The notes below the pieces were generated by a model. The model made no database searches. It was not told the origin of the DNA and was given only the letters and a program-made list of their open reading frames with translations. 64,000 nt of DNA from an uncultured bacterium (GTDB taxonomy: Bacteria > Patescibacteriota > Patescibacteriia > Patescibacteriales > UBA12465): assembly GCA_942492765.1 (NCBI GenBank), contig OW818634.1, forward strand, positions 217,159 through 281,158, written 5' to 3'. Both the position numbers and the translations under genes were made by a program. Below are positions 44,001 to 54,525 of the stretch, in pieces (positions within the stretch are counted from its first letter, which is position 1; each line of letters starts with the position of its first letter).

Positions 44001-44288
44001 TTACTTCTTATCGGCGGCCTGGGTTTTAGCCATCTTTCCGCCGTGACCCAAGAACTTCTTAGTCGGAGAGAATTCGCCCAAACGATGGCCGACCATATTT
44101 TCGACGACATAAACCGGCAAATGAGTCTTGCCATTATGGACGCCGAGAGTGAACCCGACCATTTCCGGAGTGATCGAACATGAACGATCCCAAACCTTGA
44201 TAGCGGTCTTGTCGCCTGGTTTCAGGTTCTTGATCTTATTTAGTAAGCGCAGGTTGACGTATGGACCCTTTTTTAAGCTTCTGGACAT
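44001..44288 (-). CDS. rpsS: 30S ribosomal protein uS19
   Basis: MSRSLKKGPYV. Confidence 0.92.
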   Translation of the reverse strand: MSRSLKKGPYVNLRLLNKIKNLKPGDKTAIKVWDRSCSITPEMVGFTLGVHNGKTHLPVYVVENMVGHRLGEFSPTKKFLGHGGKMAKTQAADKK

Positions 44289-44293
44289 ATATT

Positions 44294-45130
44294 TTATTTG
44301 CGTTTAGCTCTTCTCTTAATTATTAAGCGGTCACTATGGCGCTTGCGTCTGGTCTTAACGCCCAGAGCTGGCTTGCCCCAAATAGTCTTAGGATGGCGTA
44401 AACCGATGGACTGCTTGCCTTCGCCGCCGCCGTGTGGGTGGTCGACCGGATTCATAGCGGTGCCGCGGACAGTCGGACGTATGCCTAAGTGGCGGCTGCG
44501 TCCAGCTTTACCCAGGGAGATATGGCGATGATCAGGATTGCTGGCGCGACCGACGGTGCACAAGCATTCTTTCTTGACCTGGCGGATTTCTCCGGACGGC
44601 ATCTTTAGCTGCGCATATTTTCCTTCGATACCCATGACATAGACGATATTGCCGGCGCCGCGAGCAATCTTAGCCCCCTGACCCGGTTCTAATTCAACAC
44701 AGCAGACAGGCATGCCCGCCGGGATAAACTGCAAAGGCAAAGCATTGCCAGTCTTGATCTCGATGAGTTCCTTGGAGCTCATGACCTTATCGCCGACAGT
44801 CAGATCAGCCGGAGCGACGATATATCTCTTAGCGCCATCAGCGTAATGAAGCAAAGCGACGCGAGAGCCTCTGTTCGGATCGTATTCAATAGACGCGACA
44901 GTCGCTTCGACGTTGAATTTATCGCGTTTGAAATCGACTAAGCGGATATAGCGCTTGGAACCGCCGCCATGATGGCGCACAGTGATCTTTCCCTGAGAAT
45001 TGCGTCCGCCTCTCTTCTTCTTGATGACGATCAATCTCTTTTCCGGAATAACCCGAGTGACATCCTTAAAATCGTCGAAGGTGGCTTCGCGTCTTCCAGG
45101 AGTATTCGCTTTTACTTTTTTGATACCCAT
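44294..45130 (-). CDS. rplB: 50S ribosomal protein uL2
   Basis: RGTAMNPVDHPHGGGEGK. Confidence 0.95.
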   Translation of the reverse strand: MGIKKVKANTPGRREATFDDFKDVTRVIPEKRLIVIKKKRGGRNSQGKITVRHHGGGSKRYIRLVDFKRDKFNVEATVASIEYDPNRGSRVALLHYADGAKRYIVAPADLTVGDKVMSSKELIEIKTGNALPLQFIPAGMPVCCVELEPGQGAKIARGAGNIVYVMGIEGKYAQLKMPSGEIRQVKKECLCTVGRASNPDHRHISLGKAGRSRHLGIRPTVRGTAMNPVDHPHGGGEGKQSIGLRHPKTIWGKPALGVKTRRKRHSDRLIIKRRAKRK

Positions 45131-45154
45131 ATATGCAAGCTAAATTTTATAAAA

Positions 45155-45637
45155 TTAAACGCCTTCGTAAATCTTGATCGCATCGCCCTTGGCTAGAGTG
45201 ACGATCGCTTTGCGCCAATCGCTTCTCTGACCGGTGACACGTCCGCGAGCGACTTTCTTTCCGGAAACGTTAACGACATTGACGTTAAGCGGCTTGACGC
45301 CGTAGGTCGCCTTGATCGCTTTAGCGATCTCGATCTTATTAGCGTTCTTAGCCACGATAAAGACATACTTATTCTCGCTGACGAGATTAGTCGCCTTTTC
45401 CGTGATTAACGGGCTGACGAGCACGCGATGAGCTTCGTTAGATTTAGATTCAGAAACAGCCGCCTTCTTCGAGCTGGAAGCCGCTTTGACTCCGCTATAA
45501 AGATCCTGCATGCTAGTCGCTTCCTCTTTTTTCGACTCATCTTTCTTGACTGCCTTAACCGCCGGTTTCTTAACCGCAGCTTTAGGAGCCGATTTCTTCT
45601 TGTCCTCGTCGATTTTCTTATTTCCGAATAAAGCCAT
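45155..45637 (-). CDS. rplW: 50S ribosomal protein uL23 (about 65-aa Lys/Ala-rich N-terminal extension)
   Basis: LVSPLITEKATNL core begins near residue 70. Confidence 0.9.
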   Translation of the reverse strand: MALFGNKKIDEDKKKSAPKAAVKKPAVKAVKKDESKKEEATSMQDLYSGVKAASSSKKAAVSESKSNEAHRVLVSPLITEKATNLVSENKYVFIVAKNANKIEIAKAIKATYGVKPLNVNVVNVSGKKVARGRVTGQRSDWRKAIVTLAKGDAIKIYEGV

Positions 45638-45645
45638 ATGATTGA

Positions 45646-46299
45646 TTACTTTAAGTTCTTGCTATAACGGTCCGTCAGAGTCTTAACAGCGGTTTCCGTT
45701 ACTAATAAATTTTTATAATTCAAAATATCGAGCAAATTGATATTTTCCAGATTGATGATCTTGACGCCCTTCAGGTTGCGGCCGGAATACTGGGTCTTCT
45801 CATTCTTAGAATCATTGATGACCAGGATATCGCGGCGGTCGGTAGACAGCACCTTCTTCTCCATGGCAGTCAACATCGCGTTAAAATTCTTAGTCTTATA
45901 ATCATTGAAATCAAGGCTGTCGAGCACGACTAGAGTGCTGGTCAGAGCCTTATCAGATAAAGCCATGAACATCGCCTTCTGCTTCATCTTCTGATTTATC
46001 TTCTGCTTGAAATTACGATCTTTTCTCGGGCCGAAAGTGACGCCGCCGCCGATCCAGATAGGAGAACGGCTAGAGCCCGCGCGAGCGCGGCCCGTGCCTT
46101 TCTGCTTCCAAGGCTTCTTGCCGCCGCCGGAAACTTCGCTTCTATCCTTAGTATGAGCTAAGACCTGGCGGGCATTAGCCTGCTGCGCGATGACGGCCTG
46201 ATGCAATAATTCATTGTTAGGCTTGATTCCGAAGACCTTGGCTGATAATTCTAAATCCTTAACAGCTTCAGCGGATTGATTATAGACTTTTATTTTCAT
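45646..46299 (-). CDS. rplD: 50S ribosomal protein uL4
   Basis: GGGKKPWKQKGTGRARAGS. Confidence 0.92.
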   Translation of the reverse strand: MKIKVYNQSAEAVKDLELSAKVFGIKPNNELLHQAVIAQQANARQVLAHTKDRSEVSGGGKKPWKQKGTGRARAGSSRSPIWIGGGVTFGPRKDRNFKQKINQKMKQKAMFMALSDKALTSTLVVLDSLDFNDYKTKNFNAMLTAMEKKVLSTDRRDILVINDSKNEKTQYSGRNLKGVKIINLENINLLDILNYKNLLVTETAVKTLTDRYSKNLK

Positions 46300-46324
46300 A
46301 CGATTCGTAATTCGCTATTTAATA

Positions 46325-47068
46325 TTATTTCGCTTCTTCAGCTTTCGCTTCTTCCTTAACTTCTTCAGCCGGAGTCTCTACGACCGGAGCTTCCTCTTCC
46401 TTAGCTTCTTCGACCGGAGCGGCGTTGGCGGCTTTCTTGGAATTGACCTTCAATTCGCCGTCGCCCTTAATCATGACGAAACCGTTGATAGCTCCAGGAA
46501 CGGCGCCTTTGACAAAGATGATATTCTTTTCTTCATCGATAGCGACGACTTCGAGATTGGTGGTAGTGACCCTGTCTCCGCCCATGCGGCCACCCATGCG
46601 AGTGCCTTTGAAGACGTGAGCCGGACCCTTAGCGCCGACGGAACCGCCCATTCTTTCCTGATCCTTATTGCCATGAGTCTTGCGGAAACCGGCGAAATGA
46701 TGGCGCTTGACGACACCCTGGAAACCTTTGCCCTTAGAGGTGCCGATAACATCAATCCGATCGCCGACAGCGAAAGCGTCAACGCTGACGACATCGCCGA
46801 TCTTAAAATCAGCGGCATTATCCATTCTGAATTCGCGAACATGAGCTGGCTTAACGCCTGCTTTCTTGTAGTGGCCTAATTGCGGCTTATTGATATTCTT
46901 TTCCTTGCGTTCGCCAAAGGCTAACTGCAGGGCTTCATATCCGTCCTTCGCTTTAGACTTCACCTGGGTGATGGTGCACGGACCAGCTAAAACCGGGGTA
47001 ACGGCCATAACTGTGTCTCCGGACCAGATCTGAGTCATGCTTAATTTTTTTCCGCTGATAAATTTCAT
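46325..47068 (-). CDS. rplC: 50S ribosomal protein uL3 (C-terminal acidic/Lys extension)
   Basis: GKGFQGVVKRHHF. Confidence 0.92.
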   Translation of the reverse strand: MKFISGKKLSMTQIWSGDTVMAVTPVLAGPCTITQVKSKAKDGYEALQLAFGERKEKNINKPQLGHYKKAGVKPAHVREFRMDNAADFKIGDVVSVDAFAVGDRIDVIGTSKGKGFQGVVKRHHFAGFRKTHGNKDQERMGGSVGAKGPAHVFKGTRMGGRMGGDRVTTTNLEVVAIDEEKNIIFVKGAVPGAINGFVMIKGDGELKVNSKKAANAAPVEEAKEEEAPVVETPAEEVKEEAKAEEAK

Positions 47069-47276
47069 ATAATTTTCGGGTTCTTATAAAACAAAAACTG
47101 GCTTAGAAACCAGCTTTAAAACCAAATAATAAAAAATGATTAACTCCCTATTTTTTATAATTGTGTTTCACCAGCTGATTTTCCTCCAAATTTAGCTAAT
47201 TTTCGCTTAAACACTTTCTATGGAACAGAGTTATTCAAGCGCCTCTTAACTAATTAAATATTACTTTTAAATTCTA

Positions 47277-47612
47277 CTACATTTTTATTTCTACGTCAAC
47301 CCCAGCCGGTAGGCTAAGGTTAGTCAAATCTTCAATGGTTTTCGCGGTCGGATCAATAATATCAATCATGCGCTTATGAATACGCATTTCATACTGATCG
47401 CGGGCATCCTTGTGAACGAAGGTGGAACGGTTGACCGTATATTTTCTCTTTTCTGTCGGCAACGGAATCGGCCCAAAAAACTGAGCGTCGCTGCGTCCAA
47501 TGGTTTCCACGATAGTCTTGGTGGATTGATCAATGATCTTATGATCAAACGCTTTGATCTTGATCCTGATTCTCTGCTTGAATTCTTTCTCGTCTTTTTT
47601 GTTTTCGGACAT
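47277..47612 (-). CDS. rpsJ: 30S ribosomal protein uS10
   Basis: [17 protein letters not shown]. Confidence 0.92.
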   Translation of the reverse strand: MSENKKDEKEFKQRIRIKIKAFDHKIIDQSTKTIVETIGRSDAQFFGPIPLPTEKRKYTVNRSTFVHKDARDQYEMRIHKRMIDIIDPTAKTIEDLTNLSLPAGVDVEIKM

Positions 47613-47638
47613 AATTATTATTTAAAATATACACTACA

Positions 47639-47666
47639 AACCCGCCCTTAAAGGTAAGAGCGGGTT
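47639..47666 (-). terminator. hairpin after tuf (terminator or attenuator before rpsJ)
   Basis: AACCCGCUC-N9-GGGCGGGUU on the minus strand; only a weak U-tract follows. Confidence 0.5.
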
Positions 47667-47673
47667 AAAGTGG

Positions 47674-48864
47674 TTACTTTAAGATCTTAGTAACGACACC
47701 CGCGCCAACGGTACGACCGCCTTCGCGAATGGTGAATTTCTGCTTGTCTTCAAGAGCGATCGGAGCGATCAGCTTGATAGTCAAGTTAGTGGTATCTCCA
47801 GGCATAACCATTTCGGTGCCGGCAGCTAAAGTGATGTCGCCGGTAACGTCAGTGGTCTTGAAGTAGAACTGAGGCTTATAACCGTTGAAGAACGGCTTAT
47901 GGCGTCCACCTTCATCCTTGGATAAGACATAAACTTCCGCAGTGAATTCAGTGTGAGGAGTGATGGTTCCTGGTTTGCATAAGACCTGGCCGCGCTCGAC
48001 TTCGTTCTTCTTAGTGCCGCGGAGCAAGATACCGGCGTTATCGCCAGCCATGCCTGAATCCAGGGACTTATTGAACATTTCGATACCGGTAACAGTAGTC
48101 TTCTTGGTGTCCATCAAACCGACGATCTCAACTTCATCGCCGACTTTGACCATGCCTCTTTCGATGCGGCCGGTAACGACAGTACCGCGGCCTTCAATTG
48201 AGAAGATATCCTCAATAGGCATCAAGTAAGGCAGATTGACGTCGCGAGTAGGCTCAGGGATATAGGAATCCAAGGTCTCCATCAGCTTCATGATCGGTTC
48301 GGCATCCGGACCGGTCGGGTTCTCTAAAGCCTTTAAGGCAGAACCTCTGATGATCGGGGTAGTGTCGCCCGGGAATTCATATTTCTTCAATAAATCGCGG
48401 ATTTCCTCTTCGACGAGGTCGATTAATTCCTTATCTTCAACCATATCGCACTTGTTCAAGAAGACGATGATATAAGGGACGCCGACCTGGCGAGCCAATA
48501 AGATGTGTTCTCTGGTCTGAGGCATAGGGCCATCAGTCGCAGCGACAACCAAGATAGCGCCATCCATCTGAGCGGCGCCGGTGATCATGTTCTTAACATA
48601 ATCGGCGTGGCCCGGACAATCGACGTGAGCATAATGTCTCTTTTCAGATTCATACTCGACGTGAGCAGTGGCGATAGTGATACCTCTCTCCTTTTCTTCA
48701 GGAGCAGCATCGATTTCACCGACGCCCTTGTGGGAAGCTTTCATGCCCTTGGCATTGAAAACAGCCAACATCGCGGCAGTCAAGGTAGTCTTCCCATGGT
48801 CAACGTGGCCGATAGTACCGACGTTAACATGGGGCTTGGTGCGTTCAAATTTTTCTGTTGCCAT
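47674..48864 (-). CDS. tuf: elongation factor Tu (start placed at [12 protein letters not shown], Met11 of the track ORF)
   Basis: [22 protein letters not shown]; canonical EF-Tu N-terminus begins at 48864. Confidence 0.95.
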   Translation of the reverse strand: MATEKFERTKPHVNVGTIGHVDHGKTTLTAAMLAVFNAKGMKASHKGVGEIDAAPEEKERGITIATAHVEYESEKRHYAHVDCPGHADYVKNMITGAAQMDGAILVVAATDGPMPQTREHILLARQVGVPYIIVFLNKCDMVEDKELIDLVEEEIRDLLKKYEFPGDTTPIIRGSALKALENPTGPDAEPIMKLMETLDSYIPEPTRDVNLPYLMPIEDIFSIEGRGTVVTGRIERGMVKVGDEVEIVGLMDTKKTTVTGIEMFNKSLDSGMAGDNAGILLRGTKKNEVERGQVLCKPGTITPHTEFTAEVYVLSKDEGGRHKPFFNGYKPQFYFKTTDVTGDITLAAGTEMVMPGDTTNLTIKLIAPIALEDKQKFTIREGGRTVGAGVVTKILK

Positions 48865-48992
48865 GTTTTTTGGTGTTAGGCCCCCGTTTACCACGGGGTT
48901 TCTTTCCTAGATTAACCAGGAAACCAGCCGAACTTAATTAATTAATTGTTATTTAAATTATTTATAACCTTTTTAAACTCTTTTACCTATTA

Positions 48993-49376
48993 TTACTCGA
49001 TTTCTTGCGCTTTATCCTTTACTTTCGAAGGGATTTGCCAAGCCTTCTTAGGCTTATTCTCTTCCCCCAAGAAAACAGAATTTTCTCGATTTTTCCACAT
49101 CGAGATTTCGCGATTAATCTTATCAGTTAAATCTTCTTCTGTCAAATTTTCCTTTTCTTCGGAATTTGCTGATAAATCAGCCATAATCGGGGTATTCGCC
49201 GGAGTCTCCTGGATATTCACAGCTTTCGGGGACGGAGCAGAATCCAAACCAACGGCATAATTATCAAATCCCATGATTACGTAAGAATCATCCGGAGCGC
49301 TAGCGTCGAAGATGATCACCCGATCGCCCGTCTTCTTCACTAGGTTTAAGATTTTTTTTAACTGTTCTGAAAACAT
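48993..49376 (-). CDS. hypothetical acidic 127-aa protein inserted between fusA and tuf
   Basis: ORF track; starts 8 nt after the fusA stop; no family recognised. Confidence 0.55.
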   Translation of the reverse strand: MFSEQLKKILNLVKKTGDRVIIFDASAPDDSYVIMGFDNYAVGLDSAPSPKAVNIQETPANTPIMADLSANSEEKENLTEEDLTDKINREISMWKNRENSVFLGEENKPKKAWQIPSKVKDKAQEIE

Positions 49377-49384
49377 ATATATTT

Positions 49385-51463
49385 TTACTTCCCTTGCTTC
49401 TCTTTAATCTGCTCCAAGATATTCTTCGGAACTTCAGCGTAGTGAGAAAATTCCATCGCATAGTTAGCGCGGCCTTGGCTCATAGAACGCAAGCCGGTAG
49501 AATAGCCGAACATTTCTGATAACGGAACCTTAGCTTTAACCACCTTGATATTAGTGCGATCAGACATCTCCTCGATCTGTCCTCTCTTAGAGCTAAGATC
49601 GCCAATGATGTTGCCCATGTATTCTTCCGGAGTAGTGACTTCAACTTTCATGATCGGTTCGAGCAAGATAGCGCCGGCTTTCTGACAAGCTTCCTTAAAA
49701 GCGAAAATAGCTGCTAATTTAAAGGCGATTTCTGAAGAGTCGACTTCATGATAAGAGCCGTAATAAACAGCTGCTCTGACATCGACCATCGGATATCCAG
49801 CCACGGTACCGCTGAGAATCGCTTCCTTAACGCCCTTTTCAATCGCTGGGATAAACTCGCGAGGAATAACTCCGCCCTTGACTTCATCGGCAAACTCAAA
49901 GCCTTTGCCAGTTTCAAGCGGTTCGACGCGCAAAGCGCAATGTCCATATTGTCCCTTACCGCCAGATTGCTTAACATATTTATGCTCCGCTTCAGCCATT
50001 TTCGTGATTGTTTCGCGATAAGAAACCTGAGGATTGCCGACATTAGCTTCGACGCCGAATTCGCGCTTCATGCGATCGACGATGATTTCCAAATGAAGCT
50101 CGCCCATGCCAGAAATAAGAACCTGGTTAGTCTCCGGATCGGTCTCGACGCGGAAAGTCGGATCTTCTTCAGCCAAGCGCTGCAGGGCGACGCCCATCTT
50201 CTCTTGGTCAGCCTTGGTTTTCGGCTCAACCGCGATCTTGATGACCGGTTCTGGGAAAGTGATAGATTCTAATAAGACCGGGTTATTTTCATCGCATAAG
50301 GTATTGCCAGTAGTGGTGCTCTTCAAGCCGATAACCGCAGCGATATCACCAGCGCAGATCTCCTTGATCTCCTCGCGGTGATTAGCATGCATGCGGACTA
50401 AGCGGCCGACTCTTTCCTTATTGTCCTTAGAAGAATTGACGATATAAGAACCGGCAGTCAGAACGCCCTGATAAACGCGGACGAAACAAAGCTTGCCGAC
50501 GAAAGGATCGGTCGCGATCTTGAAAGCCAAGCCGACGAAAGGTTTGCCGTCGTCAGCCATGATGATGATCTTCTTATCAGCATCGTTCATATCGGTCACT
50601 TCTAAAGTTGGGACATCCAAAGGAGACGGGAGATAATCATTGACCGCGTCCAAAGCTAGCTGGACGCCGATATTCTGCAAGGCGGTACCGCACAAAACCG
50701 GGTAGATAGCATTAGCGATCACGCCTTTTCTGATGGCCGCTTTCAATTCTTCAGGAGATATTTCCGCGCCGCTCAGATATTTTTCCATTGTTCCTTCATC
50801 GCATTCCACGGCTTTCTCAATCAGCTCATTATGGAACTTAGAAACTTTTTCCTTCATATCTTCCGGAACTGGGATCTCTTCGATATTGACGCCGTTCATG
50901 CCGGTGAACTGATAAGCCTTCTGGGATAACAGGTCGATAACGCCGCTCAGATTGCTTTCCGCGCCGATAGGCAGCTGGATAGCGACGGCCTTCTGATTCA
51001 ATCTGGTCTTGATGGAATTCAAACTCATGTAAAAATCAGCGCCCATCTTATCCATCTTATTGACGAAGCACAGGCGAGGAACATTGTACTTATCAGCTTG
51101 GCGCCAGACAGTCTCGGATTGCGGTTCAACGCCGGCCTGACCGTCGAAAACGGCGATAGCGCCGTCTAAAACGCGCAAAGAACGTTCGACTTCGACAGTG
51201 AAATCAACGTGCCCTGGAGTATCGATGATATTGATCTTGTTCTGTTTCCAAAAGCAAGTGGTAGCGGCTGAAGTGATGGTGATGCCTCTTTCCTTCTCCT
51301 GTTCCATCCAATCCATTTCCGCGGCGCCCTCATGGACTTCGCCGATCTTATGCTTCTTGCCGGTATAAAACAAAACACGCTCGGTAAAAGTAGTTTTGCC
51401 GGCGTCGATGTGCGCCATGATACCAATATTTCTGATGTTTTCTAATGCGTAGTCTCGGGCCAT
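49385..51463 (-). CDS. fusA: elongation factor G
   Basis: 692 aa; [24 protein letters not shown], five-domain EF-G architecture. Confidence 0.95.
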   Translation of the reverse strand: MARDYALENIRNIGIMAHIDAGKTTFTERVLFYTGKKHKIGEVHEGAAEMDWMEQEKERGITITSAATTCFWKQNKINIIDTPGHVDFTVEVERSLRVLDGAIAVFDGQAGVEPQSETVWRQADKYNVPRLCFVNKMDKMGADFYMSLNSIKTRLNQKAVAIQLPIGAESNLSGVIDLLSQKAYQFTGMNGVNIEEIPVPEDMKEKVSKFHNELIEKAVECDEGTMEKYLSGAEISPEELKAAIRKGVIANAIYPVLCGTALQNIGVQLALDAVNDYLPSPLDVPTLEVTDMNDADKKIIIMADDGKPFVGLAFKIATDPFVGKLCFVRVYQGVLTAGSYIVNSSKDNKERVGRLVRMHANHREEIKEICAGDIAAVIGLKSTTTGNTLCDENNPVLLESITFPEPVIKIAVEPKTKADQEKMGVALQRLAEEDPTFRVETDPETNQVLISGMGELHLEIIVDRMKREFGVEANVGNPQVSYRETITKMAEAEHKYVKQSGGKGQYGHCALRVEPLETGKGFEFADEVKGGVIPREFIPAIEKGVKEAILSGTVAGYPMVDVRAAVYYGSYHEVDSSEIAFKLAAIFAFKEACQKAGAILLEPIMKVEVTTPEEYMGNIIGDLSSKRGQIEEMSDRTNIKVVKAKVPLSEMFGYSTGLRSMSQGRANYAMEFSHYAEVPKNILEQIKEKQGK

Positions 51464-51506
51464 ATAAAAAGATTACAAATTATTGAATGAAAATGTCTCT
51501 ATTAAT

Positions 51507-51974
51507 TTATCTGGAGAAATGAGCGAAAGCTTTGTTAGCCTCAGCCATCTTATGAACCGCTTCTCTCTTCTTAACAGCCGTACCTTCGCCGTTAGAAGCA
51601 TCGAGTATTTCAGTAGCTAATTTTTCAGCAGTAGAGCGGCCCTTGCGGTCGTTAGCAGCATTGATTATCCAATTGCAAGCCAAAAAATAGCGTCTTTCGC
51701 CGCGAACCTGAAAAGGAACCTGATAGTTAGCGCCGCCAACGCGTTTGCCTCTGACTTCGACGAGCGGGGAGACTTTCTTGATCGCCTTATTGAAGATATG
51801 GCGAGGGTCCTGCTTGGTCTTGTCTTTTAAGATTTCGAAAGCGCCATAGACGATCTTTTCCGCGCCGCTTTTCTTGCCGCGTTCCATGACGTAATTAATA
51901 AACTTGGCGATGTTAGTATCGTTATATTTAGCGTCGCCTTCGATTGTTCTTTTAGGAGCTGGTTTACCTCTCAT
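51507..51974 (-). CDS. rpsG: 30S ribosomal protein uS7
   Basis: VEVRGKRVGGANYQVP. Confidence 0.92.
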   Translation of the reverse strand: MRGKPAPKRTIEGDAKYNDTNIAKFINYVMERGKKSGAEKIVYGAFEILKDKTKQDPRHIFNKAIKKVSPLVEVRGKRVGGANYQVPFQVRGERRYFLACNWIINAANDRKGRSTAEKLATEILDASNGEGTAVKKREAVHKMAEANKAFAHFSR

Positions 51975-52005
51975 ATTTTTTATTTAAGAATTGAAAATTG
52001 AACGT

Positions 52006-52428
52006 TTATTTGGCTTTCGGCTTCTTCGCGCCATAGCAGCTTCTGCCCTGACGGCGAGCCTCGACGCCGGAAGCGTCAAAGACGCCGCGGACGATCTTAT
52101 AGCGGACACCAGGCAAATCCTTAGTCTTTCCGCCCTTAACGAGAACAATGGAGTGCTCCTGTAAGTTATGGCCCATACCCGGAATATAAGCGGTTACTTC
52201 CATGCCATTCGATAAACGGACGCGCGCAATCTTACGTAAAGCGGAGTTCGGTTTTTTCGGAGTGGTCGTAGTTACCTTTAAGCAGACGCCTTGTTTAAAA
52301 GGAGCGCCTTGAGCGGTAGTTTTCTTCTTACGATGCAGAGAATCAAGGCTGGAATGAAGAGCAATCGCGTTGCGTCTCTTTCCAAGAGATTTGCGTCCCT
52401 GGCGTACCAATTGGTTAATAGTTGGCAT
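52006..52428 (-). CDS. rpsL: 30S ribosomal protein uS12 (start placed at [12 protein letters not shown], Met9 of the track ORF)
   Basis: [10 protein letters not shown]; canonical N-terminus at 52428. Confidence 0.92.
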   Translation of the reverse strand: MPTINQLVRQGRKSLGKRRNAIALHSSLDSLHRKKKTTAQGAPFKQGVCLKVTTTTPKKPNSALRKIARVRLSNGMEVTAYIPGMGHNLQEHSIVLVKGGKTKDLPGVRYKIVRGVFDASGVEARRQGRSCYGAKKPKAK

Positions 52429-52504
52429 AAACGTTATGATCTTGATAATCAAAAATAATCCTGAGTATTCAGGATGACTTTTAGACTGTTTTTATTACTA
52501 ATTT

Positions 52505-52533
52505 AATTTAACAAAATATAAAACATAAGTCAA
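52505..52533 (-). promoter_or_regulatory. candidate str-operon promoter TTGACT-17-TAAATT
   Basis: rc(52528-52533)=TTGACT; rc(52505-52510)=TAAATT. Confidence 0.45.
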
Positions 52534-52588
52534 GGTCAGCCAAAAACTATCCGAATCGCTATTATTAGCTAAAACGCGATAAAACGTT

Positions 52589-53206
52589 CTATGCCCCGAC
52601 AATAACTTTAAACAAAAAATTAACTATTGGCATAATCAGGTTTCCCGCCAGCATCACGAAGAGGATTACGAAGATAAAACCGATCCTTTCGCTGCCCAAA
52701 TATCTGTCTCTCAGATTAGCCGGCAGAAAAGCTCCTAATATCTTCGAACCATCCAAAGGCGGAATCGGCACTAAATTGAAAACCATCAGGACTAGATTTA
52801 TATAGACGATTATCCCTAATAACCCGGAAAAATAAATATTCAAAAATGGTAAAAACCTTAAACATAAGCCAAAAAATACCGCTATTACTAAATTAGCTAA
52901 GGGACCGGCAAGAGCCACCTTAGCTTCCCCGTATTTCTTGTCTCGAAGGTTAAAAGGATTATAAGGAACCGGCTTGGCCCAGCCAAAGACGAACGGCATG
53001 CCCGAAATGATCATGACTAAAGGCAAAAACAAAGATCCGAACCATTCGAGATGGGCTAACGGATTAAGCGTTAGGCGTCCGGCATTCTTAGCGGTTTCAT
53101 CGCCTAAGCGGAAAGCCATCCAGCCATGCATATATTCATGAGCGATAGCTGATAATATTAGGACGATTATTTGGAATATTTCAATCATATGGGGATATTG
53201 TAGCAC
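52589..53206 (-). CDS. site-2 protease family (M50) membrane metalloprotease
   Basis: HEYMHG zinc motif inside a TM helix; multi-TM; PPLDGS. Confidence 0.85.
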   Translation of the reverse strand: MLQYPHMIEIFQIIVLILSAIAHEYMHGWMAFRLGDETAKNAGRLTLNPLAHLEWFGSLFLPLVMIISGMPFVFGWAKPVPYNPFNLRDKKYGEAKVALAGPLANLVIAVFFGLCLRFLPFLNIYFSGLLGIIVYINLVLMVFNLVPIPPLDGSKILGAFLPANLRDRYLGSERIGFIFVILFVMLAGNLIMPIVNFLFKVIVGA

Positions 53207-53209
53207 AAC

Positions 53210-53238
53210 TTGATTAATTTTAAAAATGCTGTTAGAAT
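53210..53238 (+). promoter_or_regulatory. sigma70-type promoter TTGATT-17-TAGAAT for rpmB
   Basis: TTGATT 53210-53215; TAGAAT 53233-53238. Confidence 0.6.
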
Positions 53239-53277
53239 AAAACCATTAAAAAATAAGAGTGAATAACCACAAGCAAT

Positions 53278-53529
53278 ATGGCGAAAAAATGCGATTTATG
53301 CGGACGCAGCGCGACTAAGGGTGCCAGCCGTTCCCATTCCAAGATTAAAACCTTGAAGAGACAAAATATCAATTTACAGAGCAAGACCATCGACGGCATG
53401 AAAGCTAAGTTATGCACGTCCTGTTTGCGCACAATCGACAAGCCGAAACGCGTTAAGGCTAAGAGAAAGCCAGGCAAAGCTCCGATCAAACCAATGAGCA
53501 AGACGAGAGCTAAGGCCGCAAAAAAATAA
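53278..53529 (+). CDS. rpmB: 50S ribosomal protein bL28
   Basis: MAKKCDLCGRSATKGASRSHS; the only plus-strand gene in the right half of the window. Confidence 0.9.
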   Translation: MAKKCDLCGRSATKGASRSHSKIKTLKRQNINLQSKTIDGMKAKLCTSCLRTIDKPKRVKAKRKPGKAPIKPMSKTRAKAAKK

Positions 53530-53550
53530 GATTTTCAAATCAGAAATATA

Positions 53551-53577
53551 AAAAGACGTCGCAAGACGTCTTTTTTT
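53551..53577 (+). terminator. intrinsic terminator after rpmB
   Basis: AAAAGACGTC-GCAA-GACGTCTTTT then TTT. Confidence 0.85.
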
Positions 53578-53594
53578 GTTATGGAGCGGATATG

Positions 53595-53623
53595 AAAAAG
53601 AGGCATGTTTATGCCTCTTTATT
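53595..53623 (-). terminator. intrinsic terminator after 253-aa gene
   Basis: AGAGGCAT-(4-nt loop)-ATGCCTCT then UUUU on the minus strand. Confidence 0.8.
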
Positions 53624-53644
53624 TATCTAGTCGCGATGAGATCC

Positions 53645-54406
53645 TTATTTCTGATCTATCAAGTCTGCGCCTAATAGATCCGCGTACTCAAAGCGCTTGC
53701 TGCTATTACCTATTAGAGACAAGGCTTGGATAGCGTCTTCCAATCTTCCCCGCTGCAAGCAAGATAAAAGAATATCTTCCCCATGGAAATAAATATCTTC
53801 CTCTAACTTGGCGTATTTATTCCCTATCGCCCTGATCGCTTCGTAATCACCCCACTTGATGAAAATGATAAGAAGCCTTCTAGCTTCACGCTCAGCAGCA
53901 TCCTCAGACATCAATTCTGAAACCTTGAAGATATCTCTACCTTCAAGATTCTGCACTTCCAGATAAGTCTTGATTACTTTCTTAAGAAAAATGTCATAAT
54001 TTTTCTCTTGCTTTGCTAATAAGCCGTCACATAATAAAGGATGCAAGAACTCAACCAGATCATTAACAGGGGCGCCGAGATTCTTGATATGCTCCAGCGC
54101 TTTGTTAATGATCTTCCTTTCATTGAGCCATTGACCGGTGCAATGACTAAGGGCAACAGCTTTGGCTGACTTAAAATTGTCCATTACATCCGCCCAGATA
54201 TCCGCCAAATCGGGTTCTAGTCCACCATTAAATAGGATAGGCCTTATCAGCGAGCTTGCTTGCTGCAAATAATAATCTAGAGCACTATCCAAAAACTCAT
54301 TCCTGCCCTGATTAAGCTCTAAATACATAATTGCAGATAAAGCCTTCTGCGGATTGTTGTTTTTTACAAACATCCAAGCAGCAGCTTTTACAATCTTTTT
54401 GTCCAT
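53645..54406 (-). CDS. hypothetical 253-aa all-helical protein
   Basis: ORF track; AT-richer than neighbours; own terminator. Confidence 0.55.
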   Translation of the reverse strand: MDKKIVKAAAWMFVKNNNPQKALSAIMYLELNQGRNEFLDSALDYYLQQASSLIRPILFNGGLEPDLADIWADVMDNFKSAKAVALSHCTGQWLNERKIINKALEHIKNLGAPVNDLVEFLHPLLCDGLLAKQEKNYDIFLKKVIKTYLEVQNLEGRDIFKVSELMSEDAAEREARRLLIIFIKWGDYEAIRAIGNKYAKLEEDIYFHGEDILLSCLQRGRLEDAIQALSLIGNSSKRFEYADLLGADLIDQK

Positions 54407-54525
54407 GACTTAATTCCTTTCATTAGTTAATATTGATTGATTGTTAATGTTCCTTTTCTATCAAATCAGGCCCTAAATGCGGCCTTAGATTTAATATTTA
54501 AAATTAACATAATATCTTATTTTTA

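Noticed and set aside
47674-48894. N-terminal extensions in the track ORFs of tuf (10 aa) and rpsL (8 aa, 52429-52452).
   Set aside because: The canonical, universally conserved N-termini (MATEKF..., MPTINQL...) begin at internal Met codons. The extensions are upstream in-frame read-through only.
53232-53501. 89-aa minus-strand ORF. Likewise the 61-aa minus-strand ORF at 21218-21403.
   Set aside because: They are antisense to rpmB and to the Cys-rich ORF respectively. The plus-strand genes have promoter, terminator and (for rpmB) clear homology.
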